64,000 bases of DNA, taken from an uncultured Thermoplasmata archaeon. Lineage in GTDB: Archaea; Thermoplasmatota; Thermoplasmata; Lutacidiplasmatales; UBA184. The DNA is taken from assembly GCA_963797975.1 (NCBI GenBank), contig CAWCRH010000006.1, positions 10,754 to 74,753 on the forward strand. The letters run 5' to 3'. The translations under genes and the position numbers were made by a program. This document shows positions 19,946 to 31,182 of this stretch, one piece after another. Positions within the stretch are counted from its first letter, which is position 1; every line of letters starts with the position of its first letter. The notes below the pieces were generated by a model. That model had not been told where the DNA came from, ran no database searches, and saw only the letters and a list, made by a program, of their open reading frames with translations.

Positions 19946-20969
19946 AACGGCGACGAGGCCACTCTCGGCGACGCCGAAGCGACCTCCGCGTCGGAGGTCC
20001 CGAGCCCGAACGTCGCCCCCATCTCCCCGAGGCTGCAGGCCCTCGCCGCCCTCCCGCCCCCGCCCCCTCACAGCGCGCCGTGGCGGGCGCGTCGCCTCGA
20101 ACGCAGACGTTGGGTCTACTACATCGCGATCGGCCTGGTCAGCCTCGCCATCGTGCTCGCGCTCGTGCCGCTCGTGGACGTCACGTACATCGCGGCCGAG
20201 CGCGGCGGTTCGGCCGTCATCCAGCCGTCGTTCTACACGTCGGTCCCGCCGATCGGATGTAATCCGGGCCACGGCGTGAACTGCTCTCTGGGCGGGATCG
20301 GTCCGGAGATCCAAGGGACACTCATCATGCTCGGGCTCGGCGCGGCGATCGCGCTCCCGGTCGGGATCTTCAGCCGGGATCTACCTCGCCGAATACGGGA
20401 GAGGTCGGTTCGCGAGGGCGGTCGACTTCGTCGTGGACGTGATGACGGGGATCCCGACCATCTTGCTCGGCGTCTTCGTGTTCGTCGTGTTCCTGCGGCT
20501 GGACCACAACGCGGCCTTGAGCGCGCTCTCGGGCTCGGTCGGGCTCGCCATCCTGATGATCCCGATCGTCGTGCGCGGGACGGTCGAGGCCCTGAGGACC
20601 GTTCCCCGTGAGGTCCGAGAGGCCGCGGCAGCTCTGGGCTTTCCGCGCTACCGGACGAACTTACGGGTCGCGTTGAGTTGCGCTCGAGGAGAGCTGGTCA
20701 CGGGTGCGTTGCTCGCCGCCGCCCGCGCCGCCGGGGATACCGCCATCCTGCTCGTGACCGCGGGGGGGAGTATCCTTTGGTTCCAGGGACTGAACTCTCA
20801 GACCGCGGCGATCACGCCGTTCATCTTCAGTAACTTCCAGTCGGAGTACACCAATCTGCAGACCGATGCTTGGGGCGCGGCCCTGGTCCTCCTCATTATC
20901 ATGCTCGCGATCAACCTGGGGGCCCGCCTCGCGACACGCTCCCACGTCGTGATCGCGGAGCCCGGGTGA
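19946..20969 (+). CDS. pstA: phosphate ABC transporter permease PstA, frameshifted
   Basis: The PstA N-terminus (RRRWVYYIAIGLVSLAIVLALVPLVDV...LPVGIFS) is in the pstC frame. The C-terminus (GIYLAEYGRGRFARAVDFVVDVMTGIPTILLGVF...) is in the frame of ORF 20433..20969. A single extra C at about 20372-20378 (agCCggg) separates them. Confidence 0.7.
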
Positions 20970-20971
20970 CC

Positions 20972-21724
20972 ATGACCACCAAGATGGAGACCGTCTCGCT
21001 GAACGCGGGATTCGGGAACAAGTGGGTGCTCCACGACGTGAGCCTGGCCATCCCCGAACACGCGGTGACCGCGATCATCGGCCCGTCCGGGTGCGGAAAG
21101 ACGACGATCCTACGCTGCCTCAACCGGCTGCACGAGGAGACACCTCAGGCCCGTCGCACCGGCCAGGTGCTCTTAGACGGCCGGAACATCGACCATCAGG
21201 ACGTCACCAGCGTTCGATGCCGGGTGGGCATGGTCTTCCAGCGCCCGACGCCTTTCCCGCACATGTCGATCTACAACAACGTGGCGGCGGGGCCCCGACT
21301 CCTCGGCGTGCCGCCAGGCCCGATACGCGACCGGGCGGTCGTTTCTGCCCTCGTACAGGCCGGTCTCTTTGAGGAGGTCGCCGAGAACATCGACGCGCTG
21401 GGCACGAGCCTCTCGGGGGGCCAGCAGCAGCGACTGTGCATAGCGCGAGCCCTCGCGGTCGAGCCCGAGGTCCTCCTCATGGACGAACCGTGCTCAGCGC
21501 TCGACCCGCTCTCGACCGAGCGGATCGAGAGCCTGATCGCACACCTCAAGGAGCGCTACACCCTCGTGGTCGTCACGCACAACCTGGCCCAGGCCAAGCG
21601 CATCGCCGACCGGACCGCGTTCTTCCACCTGGGCCGATTGGTCGAGGTGGGGACGACCCGCAAGATCTTCGAAGAACCGAAGGAGACACTCACCGCGAAC
21701 TACGTTAGCGGCCGGTTCGGCTGA
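20972..21724 (+). CDS. pstB: phosphate ABC transporter ATP-binding protein PstB
   Basis: Walker A GPSGCGKTT, signature LSGGQQQRL, Walker B LLMDEPCSALD. Start chosen at MTTKMETV immediately after the pstA stop. Confidence 0.9.
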   Translation: MTTKMETVSLNAGFGNKWVLHDVSLAIPEHAVTAIIGPSGCGKTTILRCLNRLHEETPQARRTGQVLLDGRNIDHQDVTSVRCRVGMVFQRPTPFPHMSIYNNVAAGPRLLGVPPGPIRDRAVVSALVQAGLFEEVAENIDALGTSLSGGQQQRLCIARALAVEPEVLLMDEPCSALDPLSTERIESLIAHLKERYTLVVVTHNLAQAKRIADRTAFFHLGRLVEVGTTRKIFEEPKETLTANYVSGRFG

Positions 21725-21838
21725 GACTCGGACGTCGGTCCGCCCATGTCGGTGCTGTTTCTGCATGCACTGGGGACAAGCGCCCGCAGCTTTCGGGCTA
21801 AATACTCCCCCCGGGCTGGTCCGGTCCGAGGAGAAGGA

Positions 21839-22570
21839 ATGGACCCAGTCGATCAGGCGCGCGAGTGGTCCCAGGTCCTTGAGGGAGAGGGGCCGCCGCG
21901 CGTGGTCCGATGGTCGGTCGAGACGTTCGGGCCGAAGCTCGCGATCGGATCGAGCTTCGGGCGCGACGGGTTGGTCGTCCTCGACCTGGCACGGCAACTC
22001 GCTCCGGCCATCCCCGTCCTCTTCCTCGAGACGGGCTACCACTTCCCCGAGACCTTACGGTTCCGTGACGAGCTCAAAGCGAGGTGGGATCTGCGGGTCG
22101 TCGACGTTCGCCCAGAGCTTTCGGTCGCGGAGCAGGATGCGCGCTACGGCCCCGAGCTCTACGCGCGCGACCCGGACGCCTGCTGCGCGATGCGAAAGGT
22201 CGCCCCACTTCAGAAGGCGCTCCAACCGTACTCCGCGTGGATGACCGGCGTGCGTCGCGACCAGCACGCGGGGCGCGCCGAGACGCCGGTAGTGGAGTGG
22301 CAGGAGCTCGCGGGAGGCCACGGCGTTTACAAGATCAACCCGATGGTGGCGTGGTCGCGGTCCGACGTGGATGACTACGTGCGCGACCACCAGCTCCCGG
22401 CCCATCCCCTCTGGGCGAAAGGGTACCCCAGTGTAGGCTGCGCCCCGTGCACCTCCCAGGTCCGTCCGGGAGCCTCGGAGCGGTCCGGTCGCTGGGTGAC
22501 GAGCGGAAAGACCGAGTGTGGAATCAATGTCGTGGGCGTTCATCGCCCTCCGGCTTCCGGAGCGCCCTGA
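21839..22570 (+). CDS. cysH: adenylyl-sulfate / phosphoadenylyl-sulfate reductase (thioredoxin-dependent CysH family, Fe-S type)
   Basis: PAPS-reductase fold motifs (SSFGRDGLVVLDL), a CC pair (DACCAMRKV), and the C-terminal ECGI plus CxxC-like GCAPC typical of APS-reductase-type CysH. Internal Met chosen as start. Confidence 0.8.
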   Translation: MDPVDQAREWSQVLEGEGPPRVVRWSVETFGPKLAIGSSFGRDGLVVLDLARQLAPAIPVLFLETGYHFPETLRFRDELKARWDLRVVDVRPELSVAEQDARYGPELYARDPDACCAMRKVAPLQKALQPYSAWMTGVRRDQHAGRAETPVVEWQELAGGHGVYKINPMVAWSRSDVDDYVRDHQLPAHPLWAKGYPSVGCAPCTSQVRPGASERSGRWVTSGKTECGINVVGVHRPPASGAP

Positions 22571-22571
22571 G

Positions 22572-23735
22572 ATGCTTCCCGAGGCCTACGGCGGCCGGCT
22601 CGTGGACCGGCAGCTCCCGGAAAGAGAGCGGGACCGCCGAGAAGCCGAACTCCCCGCTCTTCCCCAGCTTCGGCCCGAGATCGACCTCGTCTACGACGCG
22701 GAGAAGATCGGGATCGGGGCGTACAGTCCGCTCGAAGGGTTCATGGATTCCGCGACCTTGGACTCGGTGCTGCGCCGCGGACGCCTACCGAGCGGCCTTC
22801 CCTGGTCGATGCCGATCCACTTCGCCCCCGGCGGCGCTGAGAACGCCGCCCTCGTCGATCGCGTCCGTGTCGGGGACGCGGTAGCGATCCTGGACGGCGG
22901 TAGCCGCCCGGTCGCCGTCTTGCACGTGGAGGAGAAGTATCGGATCGACCGAGGCGCGATCGCGCGGTCGACCTACGGGACCGACGACCCGAAGCACCCG
23001 AACGTTGCGGACCTCTTCGCCGGGGGCGAGGTCGCCCTCGCCGGAAAGGTCGACCTCCTACGGCGCCTCGCGCTACCGGCCGGTCGGTTCGAGCTGACGC
23101 CGGCGGAGACCCGGGAGGAATTCGCGCGCCGGGGTTGGTCCAACGTCGCCGCGTACCAGTGCCGCAATCCCCCACACACCGCCCACGAGTACCTCCAGCG
23201 GACCACGCTCGAGCGGGAAGAGGTCGATGGTCTCTTCGTCCATCCGGTCGTCGGGCGGCTCAAGCATGGGGATTACCGCCCGGACGTGATCATGCGGGCG
23301 TACGAGGCGCTGCTCGAGCACTACTACCCGAAGGAGCGCGTGCTCCTGAGCGCTCTCTCGATCACGATGCGCTACGGCGGCCCGAAGGCGACGCTCTTTC
23401 TCGCGATCGTCCGACGGAACTATGGATGCGCGTCGTACATCGTAGGACGGGACCAGGCCGGGGTGGGCAACTATTACGAGCCCTACGCCTGCCAACGCAT
23501 CTTTGATGAGTTCGATATCGGCGTCCGGCCGCTCCGCTACGCGGAATCGTTCTACTGCCGCGCGTGCGCCGGCATGGCGAGCGCCCGGACCTGTGCCCAC
23601 CCGGTGAGCGAGCGGATCGCCACGAGCCAGAGCGCGATCCGCCAGGCCCTCGCTTCGGGGGCGCCGATCCCCGCGGACGTGCTTCGGCCCGAGGTCGCCG
23701 CCATCCTCCGAGGGCCGAACGTCCTGGAGGAGTGA
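22572..23735 (+). CDS. sat: sulfate adenylyltransferase (ATP sulfurylase)
   Basis: QCRNPPHTAHE (QTRN-type motif), GRDQAGVG (GRDHAG motif), and HPVVG. The start is placed immediately after the cysH stop. Confidence 0.85.
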   Translation: MLPEAYGGRLVDRQLPERERDRREAELPALPQLRPEIDLVYDAEKIGIGAYSPLEGFMDSATLDSVLRRGRLPSGLPWSMPIHFAPGGAENAALVDRVRVGDAVAILDGGSRPVAVLHVEEKYRIDRGAIARSTYGTDDPKHPNVADLFAGGEVALAGKVDLLRRLALPAGRFELTPAETREEFARRGWSNVAAYQCRNPPHTAHEYLQRTTLEREEVDGLFVHPVVGRLKHGDYRPDVIMRAYEALLEHYYPKERVLLSALSITMRYGGPKATLFLAIVRRNYGCASYIVGRDQAGVGNYYEPYACQRIFDEFDIGVRPLRYAESFYCRACAGMASARTCAHPVSERIATSQSAIRQALASGAPIPADVLRPEVAAILRGPNVLEE

Positions 23736-23742
23736 ACGACCG

Positions 23743-24288
23743 ATGCCGACGACCGCGCCCGGGTTCTGTCTATGGCTCACCGGCCTACCGAGCTCCGGCA
23801 AGACCACGATCGCACGGGAGCTCGCCCCGCTGCTTCGAGAGCGAGGCTGGCCCGTGGAGCTCTTGGACGGGGACGAGATCCGTAAAGGCCTGAGCTCCGA
23901 CCTTGGGTTCGACCGCGCTTCGAGGGAGTCGCACGCGCGGCGCGTCACCTACGTCGCGAAGGTCCTGGTCCGAGCGGGGGCGGTGCCGATCGTCGCTCTC
24001 ATCAGCCCGTACCGGGTCTCGCGCGAGTACGCCCGCCGGGAGATCGGCCGGTTCGTCGAGGTCTACGTGAACACGCCGATCGATGTCTGCGAGTCCCGTG
24101 ACGTGAAGGGGCTGTACCGCCGGGCCCGAGCCGGCGAGATCCGAGAAATGACCGGGGTCGACGACCCGTATGAACCGCCCGAGGCCGCGGAGATCGTCGT
24201 CGACACCGTCGACCGCCCTCCGGCCGAGGCCGCCGTGGGGATCCTTCGGGACCTCGACCGGGACGGCTGGCTCGCCCGCCCCCGGTAA
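23743..24288 (+). CDS. cysC: adenylyl-sulfate kinase
   Basis: P-loop GLPSSGKTT and the typical APS kinase length and sequence (ISPYR, VYVNTPIDVCESRDVKGLY). Confidence 0.85.
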   Translation: MPTTAPGFCLWLTGLPSSGKTTIARELAPLLRERGWPVELLDGDEIRKGLSSDLGFDRASRESHARRVTYVAKVLVRAGAVPIVALISPYRVSREYARREIGRFVEVYVNTPIDVCESRDVKGLYRRARAGEIREMTGVDDPYEPPEAAEIVVDTVDRPPAEAAVGILRDLDRDGWLARPR

Positions 24289-24324
24289 GGGGTAGGCCCT
24301 CTCCCGGCTTCGGACGGCCTCGCC

Positions 24325-24762
24325 CTACGGGATCGCCCTTAGGCGCTGGATCATCTTCACGACGGCTCGGACGGCGTTCGCCGCGTTCTCGATGCGGTCT
24401 TGCGCCTGGAGCCGGGTCTCACCCGGACCCGTCACTCCGAGCCCGACCGGCTTGCCCGAATCGACCGCGAGGTCGGCGAGCTTACGCGCGGCCTGTTGCA
24501 TCACGACCTCGTCGTGCTGCGTCTCGCCCTCGATCACGGCGCCGATCGCAACGACCGCGTCCACATCCTTGCGTCCGAGCAGGACCTTGGCGGCCAGCGG
24601 TAGGTCGAAGACCCCCGGCGTCTTCACGACTGGGCCCAACCGGGCGCCCAGGAAGCTGACCTCTTCCTTCGCGCGTTCGAGCATCGCGAACGTCACGTCG
24701 AAGTTGTACTCGCTCGCCACGATCGCTACGCAGATCCCCTGATTCCCTTCGTTCTTCGCCAT
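24325..24762 (-). CDS. ribH: 6,7-dimethyl-8-ribityllumazine synthase
   Basis: 145-aa C-terminal part of ORF 24325..25353, starting at MAKNEGNQGICVAIV. Typical lumazine synthase length and motifs (ASEYN, VVAIGAVIEGETQHDEVV). The upstream extension of the ORF overlaps ribC in another frame and is Arg-rich noise. Confidence 0.8.
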   Translation of the reverse strand: MAKNEGNQGICVAIVASEYNFDVTFAMLERAKEEVSFLGARLGPVVKTPGVFDLPLAAKVLLGRKDVDAVVAIGAVIEGETQHDEVVMQQAARKLADLAVDSGKPVGLGVTGPGETRLQAQDRIENAANAVRAVVKMIQRLRAIP

Positions 24763-24812
24763 CGTTTGTTCCTGGTGGACTGTGATCGATCCCGGCTCGT
24801 CGCCCGCGACGC

Positions 24813-25707
<895 letters not shown>

Positions 25708-25729
<22 letters not shown>

Positions 25730-26436
25730 GCCCGCCGGATCGCTTCCCCCGTCAAGAACGGCCAGCCGTGGTCTTGGGCGTACTTACGCGCCGCGGCCGG
25801 CGAACGGGCCCCTCCGGAGTCCCCGAGCATCTCGCAGACCGTGACGGACTCGCTGAGGTGGGCCATCCGGGCGAGCGAGATGGTGAGCTCCGTATGGCCC
25901 TTTCGCTCGCTGAGGAGACCCCCCGCCGCGTAGATCAACGGCACGTGTCCTGGGCTGACGAAGGAGGAGGTGAATCGCGTGCGGAGGCTCGCGGCGTCCA
26001 CGCGGCGGACGCTCGCGGCGATCTCACCGACGGTACGGATCGTCAACGCTCGCTCATTGTCCGAGACACCGGTATAGTTCTCTCGGTGGTTGATGGTGAT
26101 CCCGAACGCGCTTCGGCGGTCGTAGCGGGGCCGGTCGGTGAGCGCTCCGAGGATCGGGTAGGCCGGTCGCGCGACGTTCAGAAGTTCATGAGCGAAGGGG
26201 AGCCCGAGCTCGGTGCGGAGCTCGTCGGATATCGCCGTGCAGATGAGGCCGCCGGCGTCCCGGCGTTGGAGGTGGACGAGTTCGGGAGTGGCCCTTTCGC
26301 TGAGGAATACGAGGTCGGTCTCTCCTTCACGTTCGGGGGCGTCGTAGACGAGGGCGGGCTCCCCCGCGGCCAGCGCGCGCACCGCCCGCTCGATCTCGGT
26401 GTCCTCAAGCTCGGCAGGGCGCGAAGCCGCCATCAT
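25708..26436 (-). CDS. ribB: 3,4-dihydroxy-2-butanone 4-phosphate synthase
   Basis: DHBP synthase motifs (ALVYDAPEREGETDLVF, GLICTAISDEL, RTVGEIAASV). Confidence 0.85.
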
Positions 26437-26454
26437 CGATCGCGTCGACCTTTT

Positions 26455-26470
26455 CAGAGTTAATAAGTAA
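26455..26470 (-). promoter_or_regulatory. AT-rich TATA-like element (TTTACTTATTAA on the minus strand) about 25-35 nt upstream of the ribB ATG
   Basis: The only AT-rich patch in an otherwise GC-rich intergenic region. Its spacing suggests a leaderless or short-leader ribB transcript. The same T-rich tract lies just 3' of the 16S gene and could act as its terminator. Confidence 0.3.
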
Positions 26471-26582
26471 AGCGTAGGTAATCGAAAATGGGTTGATAGC
26501 CCGAAGGGTCGGAGAGAGAGTGCGAAAACGGTCCGCGCACGGATTGCGACCTCACTCGGCCCTCCGTCTGGAGGGCGCGTTT

Positions 26583-28052
<1,470 letters not shown>

Positions 28053-28356
28053 TACGCACACTCGTGCGTGGGAATACTTCGTGAATCGCAACCGATCTTC
28101 GCTGACTGGCGGAATTGCTCTTTTGCATCGACTGAGCTCTTTCGCGTACGTTACTTCGCACTCTCTCTCCTGTCGGTCCCGAGAGGTCGCTTCCCGTTGC
28201 CAGGAAGGAGTTCTCGGGGCCCCACGCCCCATCGGGCCATCTGTGGCGCCGCCTTGGAAGAGGCCGGATCACCGAGTCCCCGGCTCGCCGTGGCTGCGCC
28301 GCCTCGCCCCGCTCCCGTGAGGGAGAAGGGTAGGCCGAACGAACCAAGAGAGGGGC

Positions 28357-28368
28357 GATATTTAAGCG
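28357..28368 (-). promoter_or_regulatory. candidate TATA box (CTTAAATA) for the 16S rRNA leader
   Basis: AT-rich element overlapping the HAD stop codon, about 300 nt upstream of the mature 16S 5' end. Inference from archaeal promoter consensus only. Confidence 0.3.
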
Positions 28369-29093
28369 CGGCGCCGAGGATAGAGCCCCTCGCGCCCTTC
28401 GAGGCGGCGGACCCAGCTGGGGACCTCTAAGAGGGAGGTGACCTCGGGCGGGTCGACGTTGAACGCCGTTCCCCGTCGGTGGAGCCACACCGAACGGATC
28501 CCGGCCCGTCGGGCGGCGATCGCGTCCGTGAACGCGAGGTTGCCTACGTAGAACGCCTCGGAGGCGGGGACCTTCGCGCGCAGGAGGGCCCGGGCGAACA
28601 TCTCGGGCGACGGTTTTGCGACCCCCTCACTTCCCGAGCTCGTCACGGTCTGGAAGTACGGGAGGATCCCGCCTCGGTCGAGGAGACGGCGCGCGCTCGC
28701 CTCCGAGCTCGAGTTGGAGATGACGCCGAGCGTTCGTCCCTCCACCTGGAGCTCGTCCAGACAGCGACGCACGTCGGAAAAGACCCGAACCGGGCGTTCC
28801 GAACGTCGTAGCTCATGGAGGAACTTCTCGGCGGTCGTCGCGCTCACGTCTCGTCCGCTCGCCCGGGCGAGCGTACGCTGCCAGAACTCCGCCGCGCCCA
28901 CGGGCTGGTCCGTGTCGGTCTCGACCTCGACCTCGTCAAAGGCGTGGGCGAGCTCGTCGGCGTCGAAATCGAAGTAGAGACGGCGGGCGAGATCGCTCCA
29001 CGCGAGGTAGTCACGCTCGTCGATGAGCGTCCCCCCGAGGTCGAAGAAGACCGCGCGGAGCCGAACGGGGCTTGCGTCCACGTTCTCGGGCAT
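28362..29093 (-). CDS. HAD-superfamily hydrolase
   Basis: N-terminal FFDLGGTLID (DxDx(T/V) motif I) and a C-terminal motif region (YVGNLAFTDAIAARRAG). Confidence 0.7.
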   Translation of the reverse strand: MPENVDASPVRLRAVFFDLGGTLIDERDYLAWSDLARRLYFDFDADELAHAFDEVEVETDTDQPVGAAEFWQRTLARASGRDVSATTAEKFLHELRRSERPVRVFSDVRRCLDELQVEGRTLGVISNSSSEASARRLLDRGGILPYFQTVTSSGSEGVAKPSPEMFARALLRAKVPASEAFYVGNLAFTDAIAARRAGIRSVWLHRRGTAFNVDPPEVTSLLEVPSWVRRLEGREGLYPRRRA

Positions 29094-29130
29094 CGCCCGC
29101 CTCGTTTAGCGTTACGGGAGCAGGAACGCC

Positions 29131-29556
29131 TCAGGCGACGCTCACGCTCACGATGTCCGAATGGCGCACGAGGATGGCCCGGGCGATCTTGAGGTTCTTT
29201 CCCTGCTTTCCGATCGCCCGGGCCTTCCACGCCGGGTCGACGTGGACCGTCACGTGCCGCCCGGTCCCCTTCACGCTCAAGTCGACCGAGACCGGATGAT
29301 ACGCGAAGAAGATGTTCATCGCGAGCGCGGCCGGGTCCTCTGCGAAGGCGACGACCATCAGCTCCTTCTTGAGCAGGCTCTTCAGCCGCTCGATACGCAC
29401 CCCGGACGGTCCCACGGCCTTCGGCAGGTCCCCCGGCTCGACCAAGAAGATGACCTTGTCCTCCGCCGAGAGGCAATCGCGCACCCGGGCTTCGGTGGCC
29501 TCCTCGAAAAGGCGCATGAGGGCGAGGGTCTCGTTGTCGAGCGTGATGTCGACCAT
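29131..29556 (-). CDS. nusA: NusA-like KH-domain protein (archaeal transcription elongation/termination factor NusA homologue)
   Basis: 141 aa, two KH-like segments (GPSGVRIERL...; IGKQGKNLKIA). Conserved position downstream of rpl30e in the RNAP operon. Confidence 0.75.
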   Translation of the reverse strand: MVDITLDNETLALMRLFEEATEARVRDCLSAEDKVIFLVEPGDLPKAVGPSGVRIERLKSLLKKELMVVAFAEDPAALAMNIFFAYHPVSVDLSVKGTGRHVTVHVDPAWKARAIGKQGKNLKIARAILVRHSDIVSVSVA

Positions 29557-29592
29557 GGATCGAGCGGGTCCCGGCTCCCCCCGAGGGAGACC

Positions 29593-29883
29593 CTACACGA
29601 TCTCGAGGGTGAGGAGCGCGCTCTGGCCGGGGTCGATGACCGCCATCGCGCTGATCGGGTGCGGTCGGCCGCACGCTTGGCCTAGCTCGACCGCCGTCCC
29701 GGGGTAGTGGTAGATCGGGACGGCCGCGATGGTCCGTTCGTGGAGCAGCTTACGGTCCGGACAGCTGGAGGCGACGATCACGAGCCGGGCCTTCTTCGAC
29801 TCGGCCGCCTCCTTCGTCTGGGCAAGTCCGATGGACACGGTCCCGGTCTCGAGAGCGACCTTGAGCGCGTGCGCGAGGTCCAT
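29593..29883 (-). CDS. rpl30e: 50S ribosomal protein L30e
   Basis: 96 aa (KVALETGTVSIGLAQTKEA...VIVASSCP). Typical L30e. Overlaps the rpoA2 stop. Confidence 0.85.
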   Translation of the reverse strand: MDLAHALKVALETGTVSIGLAQTKEAAESKKARLVIVASSCPDRKLLHERTIAAVPIYHYPGTAVELGQACGRPHPISAMAVIDPGQSALLTLEIV

Positions 29884-31182
29884 CTACGCGGCCTCCTCTT
29901 CGGCCTTGGGCGGCTCGGCGGCCTTCGGGAGGTGCGCGACGGACGGGCGGTAGACGAGGTTCACCGCGCCCGTTCCGAGCGTGATCGGCTGACCGACGAT
30001 GATGTTCTCGGCGACCCCCTTGAGCTCGTCGGTCTCCCCCGTGATCGCGGCGTGCAGAAGGTGGGCCGCCGTGATCTCGAAGGCGGCGCGCGCGAGCACG
30101 CTGCTCTTCTTGCCCGAGATCCCGTGGCGACCGATCGCGCGGATGTCCCCTTCGTTGGTCATGACGTCGGCGACCAGCATCAGGTGACGGAGGTCGACGG
30201 AGAGCCCCTGCTCTGCGAGCGTCCGGTTCGCCTCGTGGATGAGCGCGTGACGCGCGGCCTCCACCCCGAAGACGCGATAGATCTCGAACACGGAGTTCGT
30301 CGTCGTCCGGGACGCGTCGACACCCGGGATCTCGAGAACGGCCTCGAGGTTCGACCCTTCTGTGTAGATCACGTATTCGTCCTTCTCGCGGCGAATGAGG
30401 GCGCGGCGGATACCGGCGATGCCCTGGATGCGCGTCGCCTTCGCGTCCTCGCTCGCCTGCAAGAGCTTGCGGAACGGCATCTCCTCGACCGGTTCGTCCT
30501 TCTTCGCGCGCGGGGGCGCCTCGGGCTTCTCCTTGAGCATGATCTCGATTGAGCGCGCTTCCCCGGAGCCCGAGCCGGGCCGGATCTCGAAGAGGCGGCT
30601 ATCGAGCGACTCGTTCAGGGCCCGCTCGATGTCCGCCCGCTGGACACCCCGAGCCTTCAGGAGCTCGACGTGCGGGCTGATCACGACCTTCAGCTGTTCG
30701 ACGACCGTCCCGACGGCCGCGACGTCGGGGACGTCGGTGACCTCGACCTGCAGCGCGATCGACTGGACCTTCGCCCGGTCCTTGCGCTGCGCCGGAAGGA
30801 CGTAGACCGTCATCATGGGGGTGGATGGGACCCTCCGCGCGTCGACCAGCTCGATGAGCCGCGGGAGCCCGAGCGTGACGTTCATCTCGGCGACGCCCGC
30901 GTAGTGGAACGTGCGTAGCGTCATCTGCGTACCGGGTTCGCCGATCGATTGCGCCGCGATGATCCCGACCGACTCGTGGGGGTCGACCAAGGCCCTGCGG
31001 AAACGGTCGGCGACCGCCTCGATCGCCTTGGTCATCTCCGCCGGCGGGAGCTTGAGCCGAACAAGGTTGTTCTTGAGCTCCTGGGTCAGCGACGGGGGGA
31101 AGCGAAGGCCCTCGCGGTGCACGATCTCTTCGATACGCGCCTGGATCGGCTCGCGCGGCGGTTTCTCCTCGGGCATGTTCAC
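29884..31182 (-). CDS. rpoA2: DNA-directed RNA polymerase subunit A''
   Basis: [33 protein letters not shown] and other RpoA'' blocks. GTG start overlapping the rpoA1 stop. Confidence 0.9.
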   Translation of the reverse strand: MNMPEEKPPREPIQARIEEIVHREGLRFPPSLTQELKNNLVRLKLPPAEMTKAIEAVADRFRRALVDPHESVGIIAAQSIGEPGTQMTLRTFHYAGVAEMNVTLGLPRLIELVDARRVPSTPMMTVYVLPAQRKDRAKVQSIALQVEVTDVPDVAAVGTVVEQLKVVISPHVELLKARGVQRADIERALNESLDSRLFEIRPGSGSGEARSIEIMLKEKPEAPPRAKKDEPVEEMPFRKLLQASEDAKATRIQGIAGIRRALIRREKDEYVIYTEGSNLEAVLEIPGVDASRTTTNSVFEIYRVFGVEAARHALIHEANRTLAEQGLSVDLRHLMLVADVMTNEGDIRAIGRHGISGKKSSVLARAAFEITAAHLLHAAITGETDELKGVAENIIVGQPITLGTGAVNLVYRPSVAHLPKAAEPPKAEEEAA

